From Methanothrix sp. (GTDB lineage: Archaea; Halobacteriota; Methanosarcinia; Methanotrichales; Methanotrichaceae): DNA of 64,000 nucleotides. A program made the translations under genes and the position numbers. Positions within the stretch are counted from its first letter, which is position 1. Each line of letters begins with the position of its first letter. A model generated the notes under the pieces. It was not told the origin of the DNA. It saw nothing but the letters and a program-made list of their open reading frames with translations, and made no database searches. The stretch lies in contig JAXGJB010000007.1 of NCBI GenBank assembly GCA_040770465.1, positions 20,770 to 84,769 of the forward strand, written 5' to 3'. Shown here piece after piece: positions 9,756 to 19,691 of the stretch.

Positions 9756-12014
9756 TTAACCTCTTCTTGCCCGATGCTCAGCGCGTGCTTCAGCACGTGC
9801 TTCGATTTCGGAGTCGATCTCAATAATTTCTTGTGATAATATGTCACGTAATTCATCCAGCTCCTCGTCTGAGCGGTGAATGATAGAGGTTTGTTCCTCA
9901 ATAGGTTCCGCTTCATATATGAGCTGGTCGATCTCCACAGGGATGTTCAGATCCCACGGAGGTTCTTTCTGGGCTTCGGGGCGCACAAGATGGAGATAAA
10001 ACTTGGATCCAGTTAGCACACGTCTCGCAGATGCTGTGCGTCTGAAGATATCGGTAACATCGACTCTGAGCTCGACCCTAAAATCCCCCTGTTCCATGAC
10101 TTCCGTATCGATCTCGAGGCTGACCCGACGCCCACCACCGGACGTTCTGAACTCGCCTGGACCAACATAAGGCGCCCAATGAAACTCAGGCTCTGCGCCC
10201 CGCGCATCGTACAAACGTTGCTGCAGTTCAACCCTGAACTCACCCCAGTAGCGGTTGGCACCCCTTGATCTTAATAGAATGCCCCCACGAGCGGAACCAA
10301 ATGGCTCTGGCTCTTGATGCCATTCTCCAACAATCTCAACCTTAGGCTCGATGAGCGGTTCGTAGGTCACCCAGCGCAAGACTGTTCGATCATCTCCGAG
10401 CAAATTGAGCCTCAACTTGCCATACGAGTGCTGCACTGTACGTACAGCAAAGACCCGGCCATCCAGGTGTGACGGCTCGGGAAGCGTTGCCTCGGCTGCA
10501 GGGTAGGTCAGACGGATTAGATTGTCTACTCCGAGTTGCTCGAAGGATATTCTCCCCAGATCAACAAGCATTGCACGACTCGTGCTGATGGTCGAACTTG
10601 CGAGGTCGAGGCTGACATATGCCTGGTCGCCGATGTCAACACGCATTTCGTCGCTCCGGCCTGCGCTCTTAATCCGGCCGGCTTCGATCTGCCCACTCAA
10701 GATGATGCCATTGTGTTGGACTTGAACATCTTCCCAGAACACCACTAGACGATCAGTTTCTCCTATTGCGGGCAAAAGGTTAGCCCCCACACGGCCAAAC
10801 TCCTCGTCGATGAATCCCCCAAATTCGTCATCTAGCGACTCACCCGCTAACCGTAAGATCACAGCCACAAACCAAGGAACATCTACATCAGCCTCAGTGC
10901 TGGTGACGATGCGCCCAGTGACCGGGTCTATATGAAGCTGGATATAGCCTTCGTACTCCACTTCGATGCCACCGAAATCGTCGACGAACACATTACCACG
11001 AATGTGAATATAGCCATCGCCTAGCTCCAGTGTCGGGGGATAGATAACAGCTGTGTATTCGCCCGCATTCCTTGTGAATGATGCCCCGTGGACTTCTAGA
11101 CTATCACCTATCCGGCCCGCCAGTACCGCCTGGAACCGGCCTTCAGCATCGCAGTTGAAATTGACCGAATCAGAAGTTCTGCTGTTTCGTATGCTACCTG
11201 AGATGTTCCTGCGCGATCTGAGAGTCTGGCCCTCGAGAGTGACCATGCCGCTAGCGTCGTTCGGTGGAAGGATTTTCACGTGATTTGTTGTCTGTTCCTC
11301 TTCTGGCACTGTGAGATTGAAGCGCATGAACTGGCGGTCGATGTAGTCGGCCGTCAACTGATCGAATACTGTGCTAGAAATGCGTAGCGTGAAAAGCTTA
11401 TCTTCCAGGAGAAAGTTGGTGATATTCTCGGGGTTGCCGCGGCTGTCTGCATCGCTTGAGTCGTAGAGGCCCAAGTTAAGGGTGTCTCGATCAGCGCTGG
11501 TGGGATCGTTGATCAGGCGAAGCTCGATACTATCAGATTCGAGATCATCCTCACCCGGATTGAGGGGGATCTGCAAAGCGCCGAGTCTACCTCCCCTGAA
11601 CTCGGTCACTAGTGTGGGGGGAATGAAAGTCCTTACTAGTGAATTATCCGACGTCACCGTTACGTCTGCGGTGGTCAGATCAGAGAAGTCGGGGCGCAAT
11701 GTATCTGAAATTTCATCCAATACTAACCGGAACTGCACTTCGACCGCGGATTCAAATGACACATCACCTGCGCCAGTAAACTGCAGTAATCCCTCAATGC
11801 TGTCTACAGTTAGGACCGCGTTGCGATCCTGGCGATTTGCATCGAAACTAAGCCTCGGTTTACTGATCAGCAGGTGAGCTGTGCCGCCGGTAATCGGAGC
11901 AGTGTGCGTGTCTGAAATGGCCTGTCCATCGTATAGTGCTCCCACGATGCGGTCAACCACGAGCTCTGAGATCGCAAGCGCGGCATTGTATTCGAAAGAA
12001 AGATCACGTGACAT
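9756..12014 (-). CDS. Hypothetical 752-aa beta-rich protein with possible N-terminal TULIP/BPI-like region
   Basis: Long ORF with lower GC than the flanks. ATG at 12014 overlaps the upstream stop (TAATG) and follows a GAGGAGG RBS. Fold call is pattern-based only. Confidence 0.8.
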   Translation of the reverse strand: MSRDLSFEYNAALAISELVVDRIVGALYDGQAISDTHTAPITGGTAHLLISKPRLSFDANRQDRNAVLTVDSIEGLLQFTGAGDVSFESAVEVQFRLVLDEISDTLRPDFSDLTTADVTVTSDNSLVRTFIPPTLVTEFRGGRLGALQIPLNPGEDDLESDSIELRLINDPTSADRDTLNLGLYDSSDADSRGNPENITNFLLEDKLFTLRISSTVFDQLTADYIDRQFMRFNLTVPEEEQTTNHVKILPPNDASGMVTLEGQTLRSRRNISGSIRNSRTSDSVNFNCDAEGRFQAVLAGRIGDSLEVHGASFTRNAGEYTAVIYPPTLELGDGYIHIRGNVFVDDFGGIEVEYEGYIQLHIDPVTGRIVTSTEADVDVPWFVAVILRLAGESLDDEFGGFIDEEFGRVGANLLPAIGETDRLVVFWEDVQVQHNGIILSGQIEAGRIKSAGRSDEMRVDIGDQAYVSLDLASSTISTSRAMLVDLGRISFEQLGVDNLIRLTYPAAEATLPEPSHLDGRVFAVRTVQHSYGKLRLNLLGDDRTVLRWVTYEPLIEPKVEIVGEWHQEPEPFGSARGGILLRSRGANRYWGEFRVELQQRLYDARGAEPEFHWAPYVGPGEFRTSGGGRRVSLEIDTEVMEQGDFRVELRVDVTDIFRRTASARRVLTGSKFYLHLVRPEAQKEPPWDLNIPVEIDQLIYEAEPIEEQTSIIHRSDEELDELRDILSQEIIEIDSEIEARAEARAEHRARRG

Positions 12015-12325
12015 TAGAGTGCCTCCTCGCAGGTAGACATCTTGCTCGATCGGAACTTCGCCCGCTTGATCCAAGGTAACTGTTTCTTGCCAGCACGAAC
12101 ATCCTTGTATAGTGTCTTATCCGCGTAGAAAAATCCTGGATATGTACGATATAAATATTTCTGCGCAGCTGGGCTCAATTTTACGTCAGCATCAGCAAAT
12201 GCTCGTATCGGATCAATTAAGAACAACATCTCCAAGCGCTCATCCTTGACTGCCGCCTCTCTCAGACGCTTTAGAGCCTGGGACAGTTCTTTTTCTATTT
12301 TTGGATGGACCGGTTTGCGTAGCAC
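12014..12325 (-). CDS. Small basic hypothetical protein with NHLP/Nif11-leader-like motif
   Basis: Likely GTG start at 12325 after GGTGA (ORF open to 12391); motif AAVKDERLEMLFLIDPIRAFADADVKLS; coupled to the downstream gene. Confidence 0.7.
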   Translation of the reverse strand: MLRKPVHPKIEKELSQALKRLREAAVKDERLEMLFLIDPIRAFADADVKLSPAAQKYLYRTYPGFFYADKTLYKDVRAGKKQLPWIKRAKFRSSKMSTCEEAL

Positions 12326-12477
12326 TTTTTCACCCCATAACAAAATTAGATAGTATTTTTTCTTTGATGGTTTAGGACCTTGAAATTTCATCTTTGCCTA
12401 TCTCGGCTTAAGATGCTGCACGCTCCAGTAGTGATTTCGATTTCGCTTAAACAATTGATATAGTTTTAGTGTCTATA

Positions 12478-12493
12478 TTATTTAAATTTTCTG
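12478..12493 (-). promoter_or_regulatory. Putative BRE/TATA promoter for the 12325-9756 gene pair
   Basis: Minus-strand CAGAAAATTTAAATAA immediately beside the IS target duplication. Confidence 0.45.
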
Positions 12494-12508
12494 CTCAGGT
12501 TTTTACAT

Positions 12509-13567
12509 TGTGTAGTCCCGAATGTTTTGACTTTATATACCTCTTGAATGATTCTAAATTTATTTGCCTGCATTTAACTCACTCTCCATTCTTCTCAGGA
12601 ACACGTTCAACTTGCATTCTTCCGGCAATCTCGTCCAGAACGCCTCATATGGGGTCATTAGATAGTGATCAGTATCTAGGCTCTCGTGGTACCTCACTGT
12701 GTTGTACCAATTCACGAATTTGTCAAAATTCTCGAACTGGAATCGATATTTCTCGTACGTATCATACCATTTTTCGATTTTACCATTCGTCTGCGGATGC
12801 TTAACGCGAGCTTTGATATGCTTAATATTATGTTCTTTTAGAAATAATGAGAATTTACTGTTGCTCTCACCATTCTTGTCTGTCTTGTTAGCGTAAAATT
12901 GGCTTCCGTGATCTGTAATAACTTGTTCTATTCCTCTTATTTCTCCGAAGTTATCCAGTACTTCTTGAACTAGATTTATGCTGTTTTCTGTGGTCGCCGC
13001 GTCGAATTCGTTTCCCGCTAGGATACATCTGGAGCTGTCGTCAAGGACCACACACAGCTCTTTGCCGTTGATCTTACAGCTATGCCAATCGAGATGCACT
13101 GCCGTCAAACTGTGTTCGCGTTCGTATCTGATCCAGGCCTTTCTGCGCTTTTTCTTGTTCTTGCTCTCATTAGCCAAACCGTGTTCAAGAAGGACCTCGT
13201 GGATCTTGTTGTGGGGGATATGGATACCATGCTCGAATTCGATGATCTTTTCGAGACGTCTTGCGCCCAATCTTTGCTTTTTGTGGATTTCAAGTATCAA
13301 CTCAACGGATTCTTCATCTAGCTCTTGTGACTTTCTGCCAAATTTCTTAACTGGCAGCGGCTCATGGGTTTTTATCCAATGCATCCAGACTCGCTTTACG
13401 GTAGATTCGCTTACCTTCATCTCAAGCGCGATGCGCTTGGTGCTTGTGTTGTCGATTTTAGCTCGGATAATGTATTTGATCTTCTTATCAGTTAGCTTTA
13501 CAACCTTATTTCGCTTTCCCATGCGGGATTGTTGAGTATATAAAGTCAAAGGTTTCGGGACTATACA
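12509..13567 (-). mobile_element. IS481-family insertion sequence, 1059 bp, 32-bp TIRs, 15-bp target duplication
   Basis: TIRs TGTGTAGTCCCGAATGTTTTGACTTTATATAC and TGTATAGTCCCGAAACCTTTGACTTTATATAC (28/32 identical); flanking direct repeat CTCAGGTTTTTACAT at 12494-12508 and 13568-13582. Confidence 0.95.
12560..13522 (-). CDS. IS481-family DDE transposase
   Basis: N-terminal HTH; HLDWH, LDDSSR, TDHGSQF, HPQTNGKIEKW, WYNTVRYHESL. Confidence 0.95.
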   Translation of the reverse strand: MGKRNKVVKLTDKKIKYIIRAKIDNTSTKRIALEMKVSESTVKRVWMHWIKTHEPLPVKKFGRKSQELDEESVELILEIHKKQRLGARRLEKIIEFEHGIHIPHNKIHEVLLEHGLANESKNKKKRRKAWIRYEREHSLTAVHLDWHSCKINGKELCVVLDDSSRCILAGNEFDAATTENSINLVQEVLDNFGEIRGIEQVITDHGSQFYANKTDKNGESNSKFSLFLKEHNIKHIKARVKHPQTNGKIEKWYDTYEKYRFQFENFDKFVNWYNTVRYHESLDTDHYLMTPYEAFWTRLPEECKLNVFLRRMESELNAGK

Positions 13568-13959
13568 CTCAGGTTTTTACATTATTCCAGCAGGGATCAC
13601 TAAAGTATTACCCCTTGCCTGGTTGGTGGCTTTGTTCGACTTATAGATATAAGTATTTATATATTTTTAAGTATTGTGCGCCTTCTCTTGCAACATACTC
13701 CTCGGAGCTTCCCGCTTTTACTCGCCACAAAAGACATTCCGCAAAAACATGGGAAAACGTTTAATATCATAGGCGGACTAGAATTAGGTGTCCTCTAGAG
13801 TGGGGGATTATCAGTACAATATTAGGAAAATCAATAATTGGTTTGCACTTCCGGCCTCTAAATACTGGTTTAGATTAATATCGCGGCCTGTGCGAAGGGG
13901 GTACATCTTGCCGAAGTCTAAGGGAGGGGATCGGGTATGGCCGTATTTGAGGTAAGACC

Positions 13960-16900
13960 ATGAGGAGTCATGTCACCATTTGCTTGACCTGCATGTTGCT
14001 GGTCTTGAGCGTGAGCTTTGTTCTTTCTTTCTCATCCGCCACGGCCCAGAGCTACGGCCAGGGCGAGACCGTCATAAAGTGGCAGTACCGCCCAGAAGAG
14101 CCGATCATCCAGGTGGGCTTCGGAGGCGAGATCCTTCCGACGGGAGCCCAGAACGCGACACAATCGATCAGGATTCCGGGGCTCGAGAACCGGATCATCC
14201 CCGGCGAGCCTGTAATCCCCTTCCGAACGGCGAGGATACTCATCCCCTTCGGGGAGGAGATCCAGGAGATAAAGGTCCTTCCGGGAGAGAAGAAGAACTT
14301 GGGCAAGATCCTGATCGAGCCGGGTCAGGACCCCCTCCCCATCAGCTTCCCGGGAAACCTGACCATCACCCCCCTCAACGAGACGACCTACTCATCGATG
14401 GAGCCCTACCCAAGAGACGTCTATTCTGTGGTCGGGATTCAGGAGAAGCAGGGATATAATATACTTTATATAAATCTATACCCTATCATGTACATCCCCA
14501 AGACGAAGGACACCTACTACTTCGGAACCTTCGACCTGGAGGTGAAGACTGCCCCATCTGAGACCCTGGACCGGGGGCTCTTCAGAGGGGCTCCGGAGGA
14601 CAGATCGCAGATAGAACGGCTGGTTGAAAACCCCGGCGAGGCGGCTACCTACTCCGGCGATATCGAGCCGATGGGTTCCTCCCCGCTCCTGAACGGCAAC
14701 TATGATTACGTGATCATCACCAACCGGGCCCTGAGGGACGCTCCCGGACCCTACAACTTCACCGCCCTCGTCGAGACGAAGAGGGCGAAGGGGCTCAATG
14801 CGACGATGGTCGCCGTGGAGGACATATACGAGACCTATCCCGGCGTCGATGACCAGGAGAAGATCAGGAGCTTCATAAAAGACGCCTACCTCAACAACGG
14901 GATATCTTACGTTCTTCTGGGCGGCGACGCCGACGGAAGCGTTTCCGGCGGAGATGACTGGGACAGGATAGTCCCCGCGAGAGGGCTCTGGGCCTGGGAC
15001 TACGAGACCAGCCCCCCGAACATCCCATCAGACCTGTACTACGCCTGCCTCGACGGAAACTACGACTACAACGGGAACGGCGTCTACGGCGAGCCAGATG
15101 ACGGCCCAGGCGGCGGCGAGGTGGACCTGATGGCCGAGGTCTACGTGGGCAGAGCACCCGTCGACTCTTACGCCGAGCTCTCCAACTTCGTCCGAAAGAC
15201 CATCTTCTACGAGTCGGTCACCACCGACCCGTACCTCGGAGAGGTCCTGATGGTGGGCGAGTACCTTGGGTTTGGCGGGGTCAGCGACTGGGGAGGAAAC
15301 TCCCTGGACGAGATCAAGGACGGATCTGTGGCCAGCGGCTACAACACCGCGGGGTTTCCCGACGACTATCAGAAGTCCACCCTCTACGATCGCGACCGAG
15401 AATGGAATAAGACTGAGCTTGTGGCAAAGATCGACGGCAATGTACACGCCATAAACCACCTGGGCCACGCCAACGTCGCGAGCGCCATGAAGATGAACGC
15501 CGACGACGTCGCCCTCCTCAAAAACGACCGCTACTTCTTCGGGTACAGCCAGGGCTGCTACGCCGGTTCCTTCGACAACCGTGACCCCGACTCCATATAT
15601 ATGCCAGATGACTGCATTCTGGAGCAGTTCGTGACCGAACCGCATGGAGCCTTCGCCGTCATCGGAAACTCCAGGTTCGGCTGGGGGCGGAGGGCCACCA
15701 CCGACGGGCCGTCCCAGAGGTACAACCGTCAGTTCTGGGACGCCGTCTTCGGTGAGGGGATCAGAAACATCGGCCGGGCGCTCCAGGACGCCAAGGAGGA
15801 TAACGTCGGGTCCGTTGACAGTAGCAGCGACGGGAACGTGATGAGGTTCTGCTACTACGAGATCAACCTCCTCGGAGACCCCGAGACCCCGTTCCACCAG
15901 CCCTTCACCGCAGCCCACGACCTGGAGGTCGTCGAGATGGATATCCCAAGCTACACCAAGCCCGAAAGGTCTGTGGAGGCTCGGGTCGTCATCAAGAACA
16001 AGGGCGCAGAGGACGAGAAGGACGTGGCCGTCCAGCTCTTGGAGGCTGGGGTGGTGGTAGGCACAGAGATCGTGCCGGACCTTCCCAGCGGTGGATCGGC
16101 CGAGGTAGCCCTCCCCTGGTCAGAGGATGTCGAGGGGAAGTACACCTTAGAGGCGCGCGTTCTGCCCGTCGAGGGCGAGGAGTTCACGAGAGACAACAGC
16201 AAGGATGGGTCGATCGAGGTCTACGAGAACCGGAGCCTGATCCTTCTGGTCGATGACGACGAGGAGGCGGAGTACGAGACGTACTATGAACGGGCTCTGG
16301 TCGCCAACGGGTACGGCTACTCGAAGGTCGACGAGCCGCCGAGCAAAAGCGAGCTTTCATCCTTCGACTGCGTGATATGGTTTACCGGTCGGGACTTCAC
16401 GACAGCCCTCACGGCGGAGGATCAGGCAAACCTCGCGGCTTATCTTGACGCCGGTGGGAGCCTCTTTCTCTCCGGCCAGGATATCGGCTACAACATCCAG
16501 GCCTCGGACTTTTACAGGGACTACCTCCAGGTCGAGTACGTTAAGGACAGCACCGGCATCTACGTCCTGGATGGGGTGGAGGGCGACCCCATATCCGACG
16601 GTATAACCATCGGGATCTCCGGCGGCGATGGGGCTGACAGCCAGTACTGGCCGAGCGAGATCAATCCCATCACAGCTTACGCCACGCCGATCTTCAACTA
16701 CCAGAACGGAGGGTGCGCCGCGGTGAGGGTCGATACGGGGACATACAGGTTGGTCTACTTTGCCTTCGGTTTTGAGGCGATAAATAGCACTTCAGACCGC
16801 GATGAGATTATGAGACGGGTCGTATCGGAGATTACAAAGCCGAGGGGTGATGGATCCAGCCTTTCCGCCTCCGGGGAGGCGAAAACCGGCGATGGCGCCG

Positions 16901-17124
16901 GTTATGAAATGTTGAATGAGACGGCCGAGGAGGCAAATGCTCTGTCGGCCACAGGTGGCGAGGAGGTCGGCCTGGATCTGACCCTGGAGGAGATGGACCT
17001 CGAATTCGAGAGCTTGAAGCTGGACCCGGGGTTCGAAGATATCGATCAAGAGTTTGATGATATGGATTTTGAGTTCCGTGATTGGGGAACGGGTATCGAG
17101 CCAGGGCGACGGGGTGTGAAGTGA
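13960..17124 (+). CDS. Secreted C25 (gingipain-like) cysteine peptidase with propeptide, CARDB and C-terminal domains
   Basis: Signal peptide; YVLLGGD, SDLYYACLDG, VYVGRAP, catalytic NHLGH and SQGCYAG, NLLGDPET; acidic tail. Confidence 0.9.
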   Translation: MRSHVTICLTCMLLVLSVSFVLSFSSATAQSYGQGETVIKWQYRPEEPIIQVGFGGEILPTGAQNATQSIRIPGLENRIIPGEPVIPFRTARILIPFGEEIQEIKVLPGEKKNLGKILIEPGQDPLPISFPGNLTITPLNETTYSSMEPYPRDVYSVVGIQEKQGYNILYINLYPIMYIPKTKDTYYFGTFDLEVKTAPSETLDRGLFRGAPEDRSQIERLVENPGEAATYSGDIEPMGSSPLLNGNYDYVIITNRALRDAPGPYNFTALVETKRAKGLNATMVAVEDIYETYPGVDDQEKIRSFIKDAYLNNGISYVLLGGDADGSVSGGDDWDRIVPARGLWAWDYETSPPNIPSDLYYACLDGNYDYNGNGVYGEPDDGPGGGEVDLMAEVYVGRAPVDSYAELSNFVRKTIFYESVTTDPYLGEVLMVGEYLGFGGVSDWGGNSLDEIKDGSVASGYNTAGFPDDYQKSTLYDRDREWNKTELVAKIDGNVHAINHLGHANVASAMKMNADDVALLKNDRYFFGYSQGCYAGSFDNRDPDSIYMPDDCILEQFVTEPHGAFAVIGNSRFGWGRRATTDGPSQRYNRQFWDAVFGEGIRNIGRALQDAKEDNVGSVDSSSDGNVMRFCYYEINLLGDPETPFHQPFTAAHDLEVVEMDIPSYTKPERSVEARVVIKNKGAEDEKDVAVQLLEAGVVVGTEIVPDLPSGGSAEVALPWSEDVEGKYTLEARVLPVEGEEFTRDNSKDGSIEVYENRSLILLVDDDEEAEYETYYERALVANGYGYSKVDEPPSKSELSSFDCVIWFTGRDFTTALTAEDQANLAAYLDAGGSLFLSGQDIGYNIQASDFYRDYLQVEYVKDSTGIYVLDGVEGDPISDGITIGISGGDGADSQYWPSEINPITAYATPIFNYQNGGCAAVRVDTGTYRLVYFAFGFEAINSTSDRDEIMRRVVSEITKPRGDGSSLSASGEAKTGDGAGYEMLNETAEEANALSATGGEEVGLDLTLEEMDLEFESLKLDPGFEDIDQEFDDMDFEFRDWGTGIEPGRRGVK

Positions 17125-17125
17125 T

Positions 17126-17890
17126 ATGGGGAAAGATTTGGGTATGGGCGTATTGAGACGAAGACTCATTTCAGCTCTGATCGTGATGGCGATATCGATG
17201 ACCGCGATCCAAGCGGCCACCATCACCGTCGGGCCTGATGGCGACTACGCCACCATCCAGGCGGCCGTCGACGGGGCGAACTCGGGAGATACCATCAGAG
17301 TCGAGAGCGGGACGTTCCGAGAGAACGTTATCATCAACAAGAGCGTCGTCCTCCGGGGTACGGACACAGGGGATGGAAGGCCGGTCGTTGACGGAAAAGG
17401 GGTGGGAAGCGCCATTGTCCTCTCTGCAGATCGGATCACGGTGGAGGGGCTAGTCGTCAAGAACTCCGGGTTCGGAAAGTCGGGGATCGAAGTGAAGTCC
17501 GACGACAACGCCATCAGAAACAACCTCGTCACCGCCAACAAGTGGTACGGGATTTCCTTATCGGACTCCGACGATGGCGTCATTTCAGGAAACGCCGTCA
17601 GCGGCAACAAGTACGGGATCTGGATTTCGGCGGGGTCTGACGGCAGCAGAATAACCAAAAACGAGCTGAAAGATAACGCCAACGGAAACGCCGTCGACGC
17701 CGGATCAAACGACTGGGACGGCAACGCTTACGACGACCTGGGAGAGGATGAGACGACTTACCCGATCCCCGGAGGGTCGAACGTCGACGAGAACCCAAGA
17801 TCCATCGAGGCCGAGTCGGGGAACGGGGACTCGGAGACCTCTACGATCACGGTGACCATCACCATACCGACGCCGATAATCGAGTCGTAG
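17126..17890 (+). CDS. Secreted right-handed beta-helix (NosD/CASH-like) cell-surface protein
   Basis: Signal peptide; YATIQAAVD, GDTIRVESGTFRENV, repeated N-x-x-GI parallel beta-helix units. Confidence 0.85.
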   Translation: MGKDLGMGVLRRRLISALIVMAISMTAIQAATITVGPDGDYATIQAAVDGANSGDTIRVESGTFRENVIINKSVVLRGTDTGDGRPVVDGKGVGSAIVLSADRITVEGLVVKNSGFGKSGIEVKSDDNAIRNNLVTANKWYGISLSDSDDGVISGNAVSGNKYGIWISAGSDGSRITKNELKDNANGNAVDAGSNDWDGNAYDDLGEDETTYPIPGGSNVDENPRSIEAESGNGDSETSTITVTITIPTPIIES

Positions 17891-18083
17891 ATAGGAATCG
17901 TAGATGGAAGCGGAAAGGCGGGTCTATCCCTCGGACGGTCCCGCCAAAACTTCCCCTCTCCGGCTGCGACCTGTTTTTTCCTCCAGAAGTCCTCTGTTTA
18001 TTGCGAAGCGGCCCCACGCCCGCACACCTTTTTATACACCCCCCGCCAAGAGCTTCGACCCTGAGCTGGAGATGATGCGAAGG

Positions 18084-19001
18084 ATGCTTACTGTGACCTT
18101 TCTCGGGACGGCGGGCTCTCTTCCCACCCCCGAGAGGAGCCCATCGGCGGTCCTGATCAACCGGGAGGGGGAGCTCGTCCTCTTCGACTGCGGCGAGGGG
18201 ACCCAGCGGCAGATGATGCGGGCGAAGACCGGGATGATGAGCCTCGACTACATCTTCATAACCCACCATCACGCCGACCACATCCTGGGGATACCGGGGC
18301 TTTTAGAGACGATGGCCTTCCAGGGGAGAAAGGACCCCGTCACCATCGCCGGGCCCGTCAGGACCTCTGAGGTGGTGGGACTATTCGACCGGCTCTGCTA
18401 CTACTCTCGAAAGTTTCAGGTCCGGGCTCTGGAGCTTCTTCCGGGCGACGTCGTCCGGATGGACGGGTACGAGGTGGAGGCGGTCAGGACCAGCCACAGC
18501 ATCCCAAGCCTCGGGTACGTCCTCAGAGAGGACGCCAGGCCCGGAAGGTTCAACCGCACAAGAGCCATCGAGCTTGGAGTTCCGTCCGGCCCTTTATTCG
18601 GACGGCTCCAGCGGGGGGAGACGGTGGAGGTCGAGGGGAGGCTTGTAGGGCCCGATGAGGTGATGGGCACCCCAAGGCCCGGAAGAAAGGTGGTCTACAC
18701 CGGCGATTCGAGGCCCACTCCGGAGATCGAGGAGGCGAGCAGAGATGCTGACCTTCTCATCCACGATGGGTCCCTCGACGACGAGATGATCGACTGGGCA
18801 GTCGAGACGATGCACAGCACCGCCGGCGAGGCGGCGGAGCTTGCCAGGAGGGCTGGCGTGAAAAAGCTCGTTCTCACCCACATCAGCTCCCGGTACTCCG
18901 ACGACGTCGGCCCACTCCTCGCCGACGCCCGCCGCCACTTCGCCGACGTCCTGGTGGCTGACGACCTTATGAAGGTCGAGGTGAAGCTGAGAGATCACTG
19001 A
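18084..19001 (+). CDS. rnz: Ribonuclease Z
   Basis: FLGTAGSLPT, FDCGEGTQRQ, THHHADHILG, YTGDSRP, HST, LTHISSRY. Confidence 0.96.
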   Translation: MLTVTFLGTAGSLPTPERSPSAVLINREGELVLFDCGEGTQRQMMRAKTGMMSLDYIFITHHHADHILGIPGLLETMAFQGRKDPVTIAGPVRTSEVVGLFDRLCYYSRKFQVRALELLPGDVVRMDGYEVEAVRTSHSIPSLGYVLREDARPGRFNRTRAIELGVPSGPLFGRLQRGETVEVEGRLVGPDEVMGTPRPGRKVVYTGDSRPTPEIEEASRDADLLIHDGSLDDEMIDWAVETMHSTAGEAAELARRAGVKKLVLTHISSRYSDDVGPLLADARRHFADVLVADDLMKVEVKLRDH

Positions 19002-19081
19002 CTGGCGGGCGAGCTAGCGATTCAAGAACGCTTGCTCACGGACCGCCTGCGCTCGCCCCCTTTATCCCTCTTTATCCCCCC

Positions 19082-19681
19082 TCATTCCATCTTTCGTTCT
19101 TCTTGATCCTCGGAGGCCCCACGCCTCGATATCCTCTCCCTCTCCTCTTCCATCGCCTTCCTGAGGTCATCGGCCATCTCATCGTCCCTGCCGATGAGGG
19201 CGTTCTCGAGGGAGAGGGCGACGGTCTCCAGGGCGTAGCCGATCCGGCCGGTGTCCATCTTCCTCCTCTCGGCGTTCATCCCGGCCTCGAAGAGGTGGTC
19301 GATCTGCTCCTGGGGCAGCCCCAGGGCCCGGCCGGCGCTGATGGCCCGGCCGTACATCTCTTCGGAGACGTAGTAAGCGAGCCCTTCTTCGTAGAGCCTC
19401 TTCGCCTCATCCTCCCTCCCGGCCTTCTTGGCGATGAGGGCGGCCCAGAGGTAGTCCCCCTCGCCCGCGGCGATCTCAACAGCCCGATCTACCCGGCCCG
19501 AGTCTTTCGCGAGAGCGATGGCAAGCTCCGTCTCCCCCGCGCCGATGAGGAGGTCTATCCCCGGGTCCACCAGCTCGTCGTCGAGGTCTCTCAGGTTCTC
19601 GGTCAGGTAGAGGACCTGGTCGTCCCGGCTCATCTTCTCGAAATCTGCCATCGATATCTTGGTCTTGGTCAAAGTCATCAC
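19082..19681 (-). CDS. Hypothetical alpha-helical protein
   Basis: 199-aa ORF with host-like codon usage, directly downstream of surE. Confidence 0.75.
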   Translation of the reverse strand: MMTLTKTKISMADFEKMSRDDQVLYLTENLRDLDDELVDPGIDLLIGAGETELAIALAKDSGRVDRAVEIAAGEGDYLWAALIAKKAGREDEAKRLYEEGLAYYVSEEMYGRAISAGRALGLPQEQIDHLFEAGMNAERRKMDTGRIGYALETVALSLENALIGRDDEMADDLRKAMEEERERISRRGASEDQEERKME

Positions 19682-19691
19682 CTTTGGGGTT

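Noticed and set aside
12014-12391. RiPP precursor cluster
   Set aside because: Leader-like motif only; no Gly-Gly cleavage site, modifiable core or maturation enzymes.
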